This document shows positions 20,866 through 28,758 of a DNA stretch of 32,000 bases, piece after piece. The stretch comes from Bacillota bacterium. GTDB lineage: Bacteria; Bacillota; Clostridia; TANB77; CAG-465. Position numbers and translations under genes: made by a program. The DNA lies in NCBI GenBank assembly GCA_023460515.1, contig JAEWPS010000038.1, forward strand, positions 93,338 to 125,337, written 5' to 3'. Position 1 is the first letter of the stretch; each line of letters begins with the position of its first letter. Under the pieces are notes generated by a model that saw only the letters and a program-made list of their open reading frames with translations, made no database searches and was not told where the DNA came from.

Positions 20866-22878
20866 TTATATCATATTATTAAAATCATCAATTGTTATTA
20901 CTTTAACTTCTAATGAATTTGCTTTACTAAGTTTACTTCCACCATCTTCACCAGCAATCAAATATGAAGTTTTTTTAGATATTGAAGATGAACTTCTACC
21001 ACCATTTTCTTCAATCAGATTTACTATTTCATCCCTTGAATAATTTTCAAAAGAACCAGTTATACAAAAAGTTAATCCTTCTAATTTATTAGATAATAAT
21101 TCTTTCTTACTACCTTTTAAATTAACTCCCGCACTTTCTAACTTATTAATAATTTCTTTTGTTTTATCTTTCTTAAAAAACTCAACAACCGATTCAGCCA
21201 TAATAAGCCCAAAGTCAGGTAAATTAGATAACTCTTCTGCATCTTTATTCATTATTTCATATATATCTGTATAGCTTTCCGAAAGAACTTTTGCTGCTTT
21301 TTTACCAATATTCCTTATTCCCAAACCAAATATAAGTTTATCTAAGGTGTTATTTTTAGTAGTATTTATTGCATTCATTAAGTTACTTGCAGATTTATCT
21401 TTAAAATTATCTAAGTCTAACAAGTCTTCATATTTCAAATAATATATGTCAGCTACATCTTCTATTTTACCCATATCTATTAACTTTTCTGTTATACTAT
21501 CTCCAAGCCCTCTAATATCCATACAATCTCTAGATGCAAAGTGAAGTATACTTCTATATATAAGCGAAGGACATTCACTATTTGTACAGCGTATATCCAC
21601 TATATCTTCATCTTTTTCTAATTTTTCTCCACATACTGGACATACTGTTGGAGTTTCAATTATTAATTCTTTTCCAGTTCTTTTTTCTTTTATTACATGA
21701 TCTATTTCTGGTATAACATCCCCAGCTTTTTGAATTACACAAATATCTCCAATTCGTATATCCTTTTGTACAATATACTCAAAATTATGAAGGGTTGCAC
21801 TAGCTATAGTAGAACCAGCAACTTTAACAGGCTCTAAAACTGCCATAGGTGTTACTTTACCAGTTCTACCTACTTGCATTATTATATCTGTAATTTTTGT
21901 TTCTTTCTGCTCTGGTGGATATTTATAAGCTACAGCCCATTTAGGAACTTTAACAGTAGTACCTAATCTATTTCTAAGCTTTAAATCATTAACTTTAACA
22001 ACTGCACCATCTATATCGTATTCTAAATCATTTCTTAATTTACCTATTTCTTCAATAGCAGAAATAACATCATCATCTGTTATACATACTTTTGAATAAT
22101 CTAGTATATGGATTCCAAGTTTTTTAGAATACTCTAAACTTTCACTATGTTTTAAAAATTTTTGAGTTGTACATTTTTGTACATTAAATACAAATATATC
22201 TAGATTTCTATGTTTAACTAGATCTGTATTTAGTTGTCTTAAAGTTCCAGCTGCTGCATTTCTAGGATTAGCAAGTAATTTTTTTCCTTCTAATTCTAAT
22301 TCATTATTTAATCTATTAAACTGACTTCTAGGAAGATATACTTCTCCTCTTACTTCTATTGTATCATTAGTTGAAAGTACATTTGGAATACTTTTTATAC
22401 ATAATATATTTTCTGTAACATCTTCACCAACTAAACCATCACCTCTTGTTGATCCTCTAATCAGTTTACCATCTTCATATTCTAAAGATACAGAAAGTCC
22501 ATCAATCTTGGTTTCAACTACAAATTCTATATTTTCTCCATATTCTTTTCTAACTTTATCTGTAAAAGACATAACATCCTCAAAATTAAAAACATCTTGA
22601 AGACTTTGCATAGGAACTTCATGTTTTACATCCGAAAATATATCTTTTTTATTTCCACCTATTTTTTGAGTTGGAGAAGCATTATCTATACTATCCGGAT
22701 ATTTACTTTCCAGTTTTTTTAATTCTTGAGTTAATTTATCATATTCATAATCTGAAATTACTGGCTCATCATTTTCATAATATAGTTTATTATGAAATTT
22801 TATCTCTTCTCTTAGTTTGTTTATTCTATCTAATTCTTTAATCTTTTCATCATTTACAAACATATCTAGTTGTTCCAT
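20866..22878 (-). CDS. ligA: NAD-dependent DNA ligase
   Basis: Adenylation motif VETKIDGLS, OB fold, Zn finger CPVCG...C.N..CP, HhH and BRCT regions. Start taken at MEQLDMF (GAGGT RBS 4 nt upstream) rather than the ORF-track MSEVN. Confidence 0.96.
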   Translation of the reverse strand: MEQLDMFVNDEKIKELDRINKLREEIKFHNKLYYENDEPVISDYEYDKLTQELKKLESKYPDSIDNASPTQKIGGNKKDIFSDVKHEVPMQSLQDVFNFEDVMSFTDKVRKEYGENIEFVVETKIDGLSVSLEYEDGKLIRGSTRGDGLVGEDVTENILCIKSIPNVLSTNDTIEVRGEVYLPRSQFNRLNNELELEGKKLLANPRNAAAGTLRQLNTDLVKHRNLDIFVFNVQKCTTQKFLKHSESLEYSKKLGIHILDYSKVCITDDDVISAIEEIGKLRNDLEYDIDGAVVKVNDLKLRNRLGTTVKVPKWAVAYKYPPEQKETKITDIIMQVGRTGKVTPMAVLEPVKVAGSTIASATLHNFEYIVQKDIRIGDICVIQKAGDVIPEIDHVIKEKRTGKELIIETPTVCPVCGEKLEKDEDIVDIRCTNSECPSLIYRSILHFASRDCMDIRGLGDSITEKLIDMGKIEDVADIYYLKYEDLLDLDNFKDKSASNLMNAINTTKNNTLDKLIFGLGIRNIGKKAAKVLSESYTDIYEIMNKDAEELSNLPDFGLIMAESVVEFFKKDKTKEIINKLESAGVNLKGSKKELLSNKLEGLTFCITGSFENYSRDEIVNLIEENGGRSSSSISKKTSYLIAGEDGGSKLSKANSLEVKVITIDDFNNMI

Positions 22879-23019
22879 ATTTACCTCACTCATTATTTAA
22901 ATATATTATACCATAAAAACAATAAAAATAAAGAGAATTTTAAAATATAAATAAAAAATATAATACACAAGCAAATTTTTACTTATATACTACATTCCTA
23001 TCTCTATATATAATTTTTT

Positions 23020-23274
23020 TTATTTAAAGTTATTATAAAATTCTTTCAATTCTTTTTTCTTATCTTCAGATAACTGTATCTTTGGAATACCTTGTATTGC
23101 ACCCTCTAAACCACATAATCTATTGTAACAAGCAGATTTATCAATATTCTTAATTTTAAGCCACGCTTGCATGCTCCCAATTTTTTTTAATTGTTCATAT
23201 GTTTTAATTCCTACTTTATTTAGTTGTTCTTCAACAACTGAACCTATATTAGGTAAATTAGATAATTTCTCCAT
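23020..23274 (-). CDS. TfoX/Sxy C-terminal-domain-only protein
   Basis: 84 aa: LSNLPNIGSVVEEQLNKVGIKTYEQLKKIGSMQAWLKIK...CYNRLCGLEGAIQGI, matching the TfoX_C helix-hairpin-helix-like pattern. Starts 18 nt after the stop of the pilin-like gene. Confidence 0.7.
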   Translation of the reverse strand: MEKLSNLPNIGSVVEEQLNKVGIKTYEQLKKIGSMQAWLKIKNIDKSACYNRLCGLEGAIQGIPKIQLSEDKKKELKEFYNNFK

Positions 23275-23292
23275 ATAATATCCCCATCTCTT

Positions 23293-24492
23293 CTATAATA
23301 TATATAATACTAATCTAAAAGTAAGATAATAACTACTATTTGTACTATAGTTAAAACCTCTATAGCCTGCTGGATAACCCGCGCCACTAGCAAAACAAAC
23401 TCCACTACGATTAATGGAAGAATCTGATCCATAAGTTTCATTTGTCCATTCCCATGCATTCCCAGCAATATCATATATATTCTTTGCTTTCCAATATTCA
23501 CTATACCCAGTATTTTGCATGTTTCCATAACCTGATGCATTAGCAGGAGAAACAGAATCGCCATAATTTCCCCAAGAACTACTGTCTAAAGAAGTATCTT
23601 TTCCTGAAACTTGCAACCATTTCATTAATGTATCCCATTGTGTTCCTGTTATAAGTCCACTTTTTACTTCTACTGTGTTAAACATGGACTCTGCTTTTGT
23701 TTTTGCATCAGCCCAATTAATATCATTCCAAACTATTGCATTTTTTTTGCTCACTAATGTAGTATCAGATTCTTTTCCTGCTTCATATCTAGCTACATAA
23801 AATCCGCCATAATTTGTTACTTGATCAATTTCATTATTTATACCTAGTGGTAATATCCCATCAGTAGTATTAATAGAGCTTGCAGAAGTTTTAGCAGCAT
23901 CCAATTTTAAATATTTAACACTAGTATTATCTACTGGAACCCAAACAAATTCATTATGTGCTGAATCTTCTATAACTAATCCCGAACGCCAAGTACCCTC
24001 TTTATATGTAAAACCTGTTGGCACATAAGGAAGTTTATACTTTTCTACATTTAATAATTGTGGTTTTATTGTTGTATATGGAAGTGTAATATTTCCAGTT
24101 GGTATTCCCATATCTGTAATCCAGTCTTTTTCCTTTTGATCTGTTCCAACATATATTAATTTACCTTTTTGTATTTCAAATTTTAATGCATCTTTTTCTT
24201 CTATATTTGTTATATATTCTTTAATTGTTCCCTCTTTATTTTCTTCTGTTCCATCCCATACACTAGCATTAAATGAATTTGGATTAAAAGAACCATTTTG
24301 TAAATATTGATTTGATGTATCCATTACAAGTTCAGAATTATATGAAGTAATATTTGCTTTAAATGTCGCTTCATTAGCCTGATTTATTATATTACTATTT
24401 AATAAACTAAGTATTACAGCTCCTGCTAATATTAATATCACAATTATAGTTATAACTAATACTATTAATGTTATTCCTCTCTTGCTTTTCAA
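23293..24492 (-). CDS. Prepilin-like N-terminus fused to an FGE/SUMF1-fold (formylglycine-generating-enzyme-like) domain, paralog A
   Basis: TTG start with an AAGGGGGA RBS. N-terminus MKSKRG-ITLIVLVITIIVILILAGAVIL. C-terminal motifs FVWVPVD, GGFYVARYEAGK, NWADAK, TGTQWDTLMKW, YDIAGNAWEWTNE and FRLVL. Confidence 0.75.
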   Translation of the reverse strand: MKSKRGITLIVLVITIIVILILAGAVILSLLNSNIINQANEATFKANITSYNSELVMDTSNQYLQNGSFNPNSFNASVWDGTEENKEGTIKEYITNIEEKDALKFEIQKGKLIYVGTDQKEKDWITDMGIPTGNITLPYTTIKPQLLNVEKYKLPYVPTGFTYKEGTWRSGLVIEDSAHNEFVWVPVDNTSVKYLKLDAAKTSASSINTTDGILPLGINNEIDQVTNYGGFYVARYEAGKESDTTLVSKKNAIVWNDINWADAKTKAESMFNTVEVKSGLITGTQWDTLMKWLQVSGKDTSLDSSSWGNYGDSVSPANASGYGNMQNTGYSEYWKAKNIYDIAGNAWEWTNETYGSDSSINRSGVCFASGAGYPAGYRGFNYSTNSSYYLTFRLVLYIL

Positions 24493-24536
24493 AGTATAAT
24501 CCCCCTTATTTAAAATAACAATTTTAAGATATTTTA

Positions 24537-24565
24537 ATTATATGTTAAATACCTATTTTTGTCAA
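24537..24565 (-). promoter_or_regulatory. Consensus sigma-A promoter of paralog A
   Basis: Minus strand reads exactly TTGACA, 17 nt, TATAAT, about 45 nt upstream of the TTG start. Confidence 0.55.
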
Positions 24566-24607
24566 TATATTTTTTTATTGTTATAAAAATATATGCTAAT
24601 AATTTAC

Positions 24608-24641
24608 AAAACAAAAAATGTCTAGTATTACTACTAAACAT
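24608..24641 (-). terminator. Rho-independent terminator after dfx
   Basis: 10-bp stem atgtctagta / tactaaacat, with one G-U pair in the minus-strand RNA, followed by UUUUUUGUUUU. Confidence 0.65.
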
Positions 24642-24662
24642 TTTTATTATTTTATTATTTTA

Positions 24663-25040
24663 TTATTTTATATCTGCTTTCCATAAACCATGTAGATTAC
24701 AATAAGCATACACTTCAATATTTTTTGCATCATTTATGCAAAAAGATGCTTCTGGTTTCATTCCAGCTAAAAGTTTAACCATTTGATTTCCACCATCATA
24801 TTTTAGATAAATCCAACTTATATAATGTTCTTCAATCATTGGATGGTCAACACTTCCAACCTTAACGTTAACAATACCATCGTTTATTTCTACAACAGGT
24901 ATATGTTTTTCAAAAGATGCTTCAACTGTATTAGCTTCCAGACCAATCATAGGTTGGTTGCAACAAGTTAATACTCCGCCACCTTCTTCAATTACTTCAA
25001 CAAGGTTACCACATACTTTACAAATGTAAAACTTTTTCAT
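24663..25040 (-). CDS. dfx: Desulfoferrodoxin (2Fe superoxide reductase)
   Basis: 125 aa. Centre I is CKVCGN...CC. Centre II ligands are EKHIP, HPM.EEH and YCNLHGLW. AGGAGG RBS. Confidence 0.92.
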   Translation of the reverse strand: MKKFYICKVCGNLVEVIEEGGGVLTCCNQPMIGLEANTVEASFEKHIPVVEINDGIVNVKVGSVDHPMIEEHYISWIYLKYDGGNQMVKLLAGMKPEASFCINDAKNIEVYAYCNLHGLWKADIK

Positions 25041-25052
25041 ATATTTTACCTC

Positions 25053-25592
25053 CTAATAATTTTTTGATTGTAATTCAAAATAACTTTGAGGATGTTTACA
25101 AACCGGGCAAACTGTTGGAGCTATATTTCCAACATGTATATGACCACAATTTAAACATTTCCAAATTGCAACTCCATCTTTTTCAAAGACTTTACCTTCT
25201 TCTATATTTTTAAGTAATGCTAAATATCTTTCTTCATGTTCTTTTTCAATTTTTGCAACTTTTTCAAATAATGAAGCTATTTGAGTAAATCCTTCTTCTT
25301 TTGCTTCTTTAGCAAATGTAGCATACATATCTGTCCATTCATAGTTTTCACCATTTGCTGCATCTTTTAGATTTTCTATTGTTGATGGAACTTCTTCATT
25401 ATGTAATAATTTAAACCATAATTTAGCATGTTCCTTTTCATTTCCTGCTGTTTCTTCAAATATATTAGCTATTTGTTCATATCCCTCTTTTTTTGCTTTT
25501 GAAGCATAATATGTATATTTATTTCTAGCTTGAGACTCCCCTGCAAATGCAGCCATTAAATTAGCCTCTGTTCTTGTTCCTTTTATATCCAT
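25053..25592 (-). CDS. rbr: Rubrerythrin
   Basis: Di-iron four-helix motifs GESQARNKY...EKEH (twice), plus a C-terminal rubredoxin-like CLNCGH...CPVCKHP. Start at MDIKGT with an AGGAGG RBS. 12 nt upstream of dfx, so a likely operon. Confidence 0.92.
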   Translation of the reverse strand: MDIKGTRTEANLMAAFAGESQARNKYTYYASKAKKEGYEQIANIFEETAGNEKEHAKLWFKLLHNEEVPSTIENLKDAANGENYEWTDMYATFAKEAKEEGFTQIASLFEKVAKIEKEHEERYLALLKNIEEGKVFEKDGVAIWKCLNCGHIHVGNIAPTVCPVCKHPQSYFELQSKNY

Positions 25593-25616
25593 TTTTATTC
25601 CTCCTTTAATAAGTAT

Positions 25617-25645
25617 ATTATATAACAAATATATTATATTGTCAA
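25617..25645 (-). promoter_or_regulatory. Consensus sigma-A promoter of rbr-dfx
   Basis: Minus strand reads exactly TTGACA, 17 nt, TATAAT, ending about 25 nt before the rbr start. Confidence 0.6.
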
Positions 25646-25681
25646 CCTGAAAATATTAATAATCTGTGAATTATTTTACAA

Positions 25682-25722
25682 TAAAAAAGCAAACCAGCAT
25701 TGAAATTAATCAAAACTGATTT
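25682..25722 (-). terminator. Rho-independent terminator of small gene 1
   Basis: 12-bp stem in the minus-strand RNA (AAUCAGUUUUGA / UCAAUGCUGGUU, with two G-U pairs and one mismatch), followed by GCUUUUUU. Confidence 0.6.
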
Positions 25723-25742
25723 ACTTTTTATAGTATAATTTG

Positions 25743-26024
25743 TTAATGATAGACTGCTACTTCTTGTAATGTTTGTCTCTTTAATATAAGTTCTTCATAA
25801 GTATTAACAGCAGAAAAATTTCTTTTCATAAATTTAATACAGTCCTCTGTTTCTGTTAGCTCTTTTTCATATTTATCATTAGCTTTACGTAGATTACTAT
25901 TTTGGAGTATCTGTCTTAAGTTTTTTTCACTTTCTTTTAACATAATCCAAGTATTAATCTCTGAATTGTCTAATATAAATTTTTCAATTCTGCAGTCAAG
26001 TTCGATAATTATATCTTCCTTCAT
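25743..26024 (-). CDS. Small helical hypothetical protein of 93 aa, cassette copy 1
   Basis: AAGGAG RBS, with its own promoter and terminator. About 31 percent identical, by a hand-counted gapless alignment, to the 26204-26500 product. Confidence 0.6.
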   Translation of the reverse strand: MKEDIIIELDCRIEKFILDNSEINTWIMLKESEKNLRQILQNSNLRKANDKYEKELTETEDCIKFMKRNFSAVNTYEELILKRQTLQEVAVYH

Positions 26025-26102
26025 ATTATTCTCCTTTTAATCAATTAAGAGTTGTTTAATGAGTTTATTAAAGCTTACTTATACTGTTATAATATCTTAA
26101 CT

Positions 26103-26121
26103 ATTATAGCATATGTGTCAA
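26103..26121 (-). promoter_or_regulatory. Extended -10 promoter with a conserved upstream block, for small gene 1
   Basis: Minus strand reads CTTGACACATATGCTATAAT (TGnTATAAT). The block is near-identical upstream of small gene 2. Confidence 0.45.
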
Positions 26122-26147
26122 GGATTATAATTGCTATATTATGTGTT

Positions 26148-26193
26148 AAAAAGCAAGCCAGTTTTAAAATTAATCAAAACTGACTTAGACTAT
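26148..26193 (-). terminator. Rho-independent terminator of small gene 2
   Basis: 13-bp stem in the minus-strand RNA (AAGUCAGUUUUGA / UUAAAACUGGCUU, with two G-U pairs), followed by GCUUUUU. Confidence 0.6.
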
Positions 26194-26203
26194 TAACACC
26201 TTA

Positions 26204-26500
26204 TTATAGACTTTTTTCATCTATCTCTTGACTCTTGGACAACATCTTTTGTTTTACACAAATTAATGCATCATAAAGCATAAGTGAAGAGTATTCTTTC
26301 TTCATAGAAGACATTTCACTTTCTACTTTAGTAAGTTCTTCCCGATTTTCGGCACAATTTTCTAGTGGATTATTACTGCTTAGCATTTCTGTTAAAGCTT
26401 TTTGTTTTTCCTTCAGTAAAATCCAACCATATACCTCATTATGGGAGTTTTTAAGTTCTTTGATTTGAAGATCAATTTCTAAAATTCTGTCATTTTCCAT
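26204..26500 (-). CDS. Small helical hypothetical protein of 98 aa, cassette copy 2
   Basis: Start taken at MENDRILE (ATG 26498-26500), 8 nt after AGGAG. The ORF-track GTG overlaps the RBS. Paralog of the 25743-26024 product. Confidence 0.6.
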   Translation of the reverse strand: MENDRILEIDLQIKELKNSHNEVYGWILLKEKQKALTEMLSSNNPLENCAENREELTKVESEMSSMKKEYSSLMLYDALICVKQKMLSKSQEIDEKSL

Positions 26501-26594
26501 ACTCTTCACTCCTTTTTAGGTTATTTTTCATTGCAATATAGCGCCGCTTTAGGTAAATTTAATAAAACTTACCTAACAAATTAAAGATATATAC

Positions 26595-26613
26595 ATTATA
26601 CCATATGTGTCAA
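26595..26613 (-). promoter_or_regulatory. Extended -10 promoter with a conserved upstream block, for small gene 2
   Basis: Minus strand reads CTTGACACATATGGTATAAT. Confidence 0.45.
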
Positions 26614-26664
26614 GTATTACAGCTGCTAAATTTTGTCACTTTTAACGTATTAACTATTTTTAAC

Positions 26665-26693
26665 TTGACATACTTTTTAATTAGTTATATAAT
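26665..26693 (+). promoter_or_regulatory. Consensus sigma-A promoter of the oxidoreductase operon
   Basis: Reads exactly TTGACA (26665-26670), 17 nt, TATAAT (26688-26693), 24 nt before the gamma-subunit ATG. Confidence 0.6.
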
Positions 26694-26717
26694 ATTAGCA
26701 TAAAAGGAGGAAGTTTT

Positions 26718-27290
26718 ATGATTGAAATAAGATGGCACGGCCGTGGTGGTCAAGGTGCAAAAACAGCTTCATTATTACTTGCAGATGCTGCATTCAATAC
26801 AGGAAAATTTATTCAAGGATTTCCAGAATATGGTCCTGAAAGAATGGGTGCTCCAATGACAGCATATAACCGTATAGATGAAAATGAAATTAGAATTCAT
26901 TCAAATGTATATGAACCAGATTACGTTGTTGTTGTTGACGATACTTTAATTGGTACAGTTGATGTTACAAATGGATTAAAAAAAGAAGGTGCAATACTTG
27001 TAAACACAAGTGAGCCTATAGAAAAAATTAGAAAAGAATTAAGCGGATATACTGGTAAAGTATATACACTAGATGCAACTAAAATTAGTTTAGAGTGTTT
27101 AAAAGCTAATTTTCCAAATACTGCACTACTTGCAGCTATTATAAAAATAACAAATATAATGGACAGAGAAACCCTTATAAAGGATATGGAAGGTTCATTT
27201 AAACATAAATTTGCTAGAAAACCTGAAGTTATACCACCTAATATGGAATGTTTAACTAGGGGCTTTGATGAATTGAACGGAGGGGAATAA
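26718..27290 (+). CDS. Pyruvate/2-ketoisovalerate:ferredoxin oxidoreductase, gamma subunit
   Basis: IEIRWHGRGGQGAKTAS motif typical of OFOR gamma subunits. AGGAGG RBS. First gene in the gamma-delta-alpha-beta order. Confidence 0.9.
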   Translation: MIEIRWHGRGGQGAKTASLLLADAAFNTGKFIQGFPEYGPERMGAPMTAYNRIDENEIRIHSNVYEPDYVVVVDDTLIGTVDVTNGLKKEGAILVNTSEPIEKIRKELSGYTGKVYTLDATKISLECLKANFPNTALLAAIIKITNIMDRETLIKDMEGSFKHKFARKPEVIPPNMECLTRGFDELNGGE

Positions 27291-27293
27291 CAA

Positions 27294-27560
27294 ATGAGTA
27301 AATTATCTAGAGTTGGAAGTAATATTTTAAAAGATGGAAATTCTGTAGAAGTATTAACTGGTGATTGGAGAAGTAGAAAACCTATCCACAATAGAGATAA
27401 GTGCACAAATTGTATGATGTGCGTACCTTATTGCCCAGAAAATTGTATTATACAAAAAGATAATATTATACAGGATTTTGATTTAAATTACTGTAAAGGT
27501 TGCGGAGTTTGTGCTAAAGTATGTCCATTCAAAGCAATTGAAATGAAATCAGAGGATTAA
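27294..27560 (+). CDS. 2-oxoacid:ferredoxin oxidoreductase, delta subunit (2x[4Fe-4S] ferredoxin-like)
   Basis: Two cluster motifs: CTNCMMCVPYCP and CKGCGVCAKVCP. Confidence 0.9.
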   Translation: MSKLSRVGSNILKDGNSVEVLTGDWRSRKPIHNRDKCTNCMMCVPYCPENCIIQKDNIIQDFDLNYCKGCGVCAKVCPFKAIEMKSED

Positions 27561-27578
27561 TGAAAGGAGAAATATATT

Positions 27579-28757
27579 ATGGCAATTAGAGAAAGATTAA
27601 GTGGAAACGAAGCAGTTGCTACTGCTATGAAACAAATAAACCCAGATACAGTTGCAGCCTACCCTATTACTCCTGCTACTGAAATACCTCAATATTTTGC
27701 AAACTTTGTATCTAACGGATCAGTAACAACTGAATTTATTCCAGTTGAAAGTGAACACAGTGCTATGTCTGCATGTATTGGTGCATCAGCTGCTGGAGCA
27801 AGAGTTATGACTGCTACTTCATCACAAGGTTTAGCATATATGTTTGAAACTCTTTATATAGCTTCTGGTCTTAGATTACCTATTGTTTTAGTTAATGTAA
27901 ATAGAGCATTATCTGCTCCTATTAATATACATAATGATCATTCAGATTCAATGGGAGCTAGAGATGCAGGCTTTATACAATTATATTGTGAAAGTAATCA
28001 AGAAGCATACGACAACACAATAATGGCTGTAAAAATAGCTGAAAAGGCTAGATTACCTGTTATGGTTTGTTATGATGGATTTATAACATCACATTCAATA
28101 GAAAATATTATGCTTATGGAAAATGATGAAGTTAAAAATTTTGTAGGTGAATATAATCCAGAAGAATATTTACTAGATGATAAAAGAAATATTTCTATTG
28201 GACCTTTATCTCTTCAAAATAGTTACTTTGAACAAAGAAAAGAAATAGCCGATGCTATGGTAGATTCAAAAGAAATTATTAAAGAAGTTTCTGAAGAATT
28301 CTATAATTTAACTGGTAGAAAACATGGTTTATATGAAAAATATATGTTAGATGATGCTGAGTTAGGTATAATAGTATTAAACTCTACAGCTGGAACTGCA
28401 AAAGAAGCTATAGACATATTAAGAGCTAAGGGAATAAAAGCTGGTATGTTAAAGCCAAGATGTTTTAGACCATTACCTTACTTAGAAATTTCAGAAGAAG
28501 TAAAAAATTTAAAAGTTCTAGCTATTATGGATAAAGCAGATAGTGTAAATGGATACTCTGGCCCATTATTTTCAGAGATAACATCTGCAATGTATACAAG
28601 TAACGTAAAAGTTCCTACAGTAAACTATATATATGGTTTAGGTGGTAGAGATGTTAAAATAGATAACATTTTTGAAGTATTTAGTGATTTAGAGACTATC
28701 GCTAAAACTGGTAAAATAACTACATTAACTAATTATTTAGGATTGAGAGGTGAATAA
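27579..28757 (+). CDS. 2-oxoacid:ferredoxin oxidoreductase, alpha subunit
   Basis: LSGNEAVATAMKQINPDTVAAYPITPATE...ESEHSA motif typical of POR/VOR alpha subunits. Confidence 0.9.
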   Translation: MAIRERLSGNEAVATAMKQINPDTVAAYPITPATEIPQYFANFVSNGSVTTEFIPVESEHSAMSACIGASAAGARVMTATSSQGLAYMFETLYIASGLRLPIVLVNVNRALSAPINIHNDHSDSMGARDAGFIQLYCESNQEAYDNTIMAVKIAEKARLPVMVCYDGFITSHSIENIMLMENDEVKNFVGEYNPEEYLLDDKRNISIGPLSLQNSYFEQRKEIADAMVDSKEIIKEVSEEFYNLTGRKHGLYEKYMLDDAELGIIVLNSTAGTAKEAIDILRAKGIKAGMLKPRCFRPLPYLEISEEVKNLKVLAIMDKADSVNGYSGPLFSEITSAMYTSNVKVPTVNYIYGLGGRDVKIDNIFEVFSDLETIAKTGKITTLTNYLGLRGE

Positions 28758-28758
28758 T

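Larger units (their letters stand above)
25682..26650 (-). repeat. Tandem duplication of a roughly 470-490 bp promoter-UTR-small ORF-terminator cassette (two diverged copies)
   Basis: The terminator blocks (25686-25725 vs 26150-26190) match at about 34 of 40 positions. The promoter blocks (26103-26140 vs 26595-26632) match at about 31 of 37 positions. Both were counted by hand. The ORFs align colinearly. Confidence 0.6.

Noticed and set aside
24644-24672. Short tandem repeat (TTATTATT-like octamer, about 3 copies) at the dfx stop codon.
   Set aside because: It is low-complexity AT-rich sequence overlapping the end of the CDS and its terminator tail. It is too short and too simple to call a functional repeat.
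25593-25742. PerR box (TTATAATnATTATAA-like) or Rex box (TTGTTAA-N4-TTAACAA-like) at the rbr-dfx and oxidoreductase promoters.
   Set aside because: I found only AT-rich partial matches with poor dyad symmetry. The direct repeat TTAAC-GTA-TTAAC at about 26642-26655 is not palindromic. This cannot be supported without a matrix scan.
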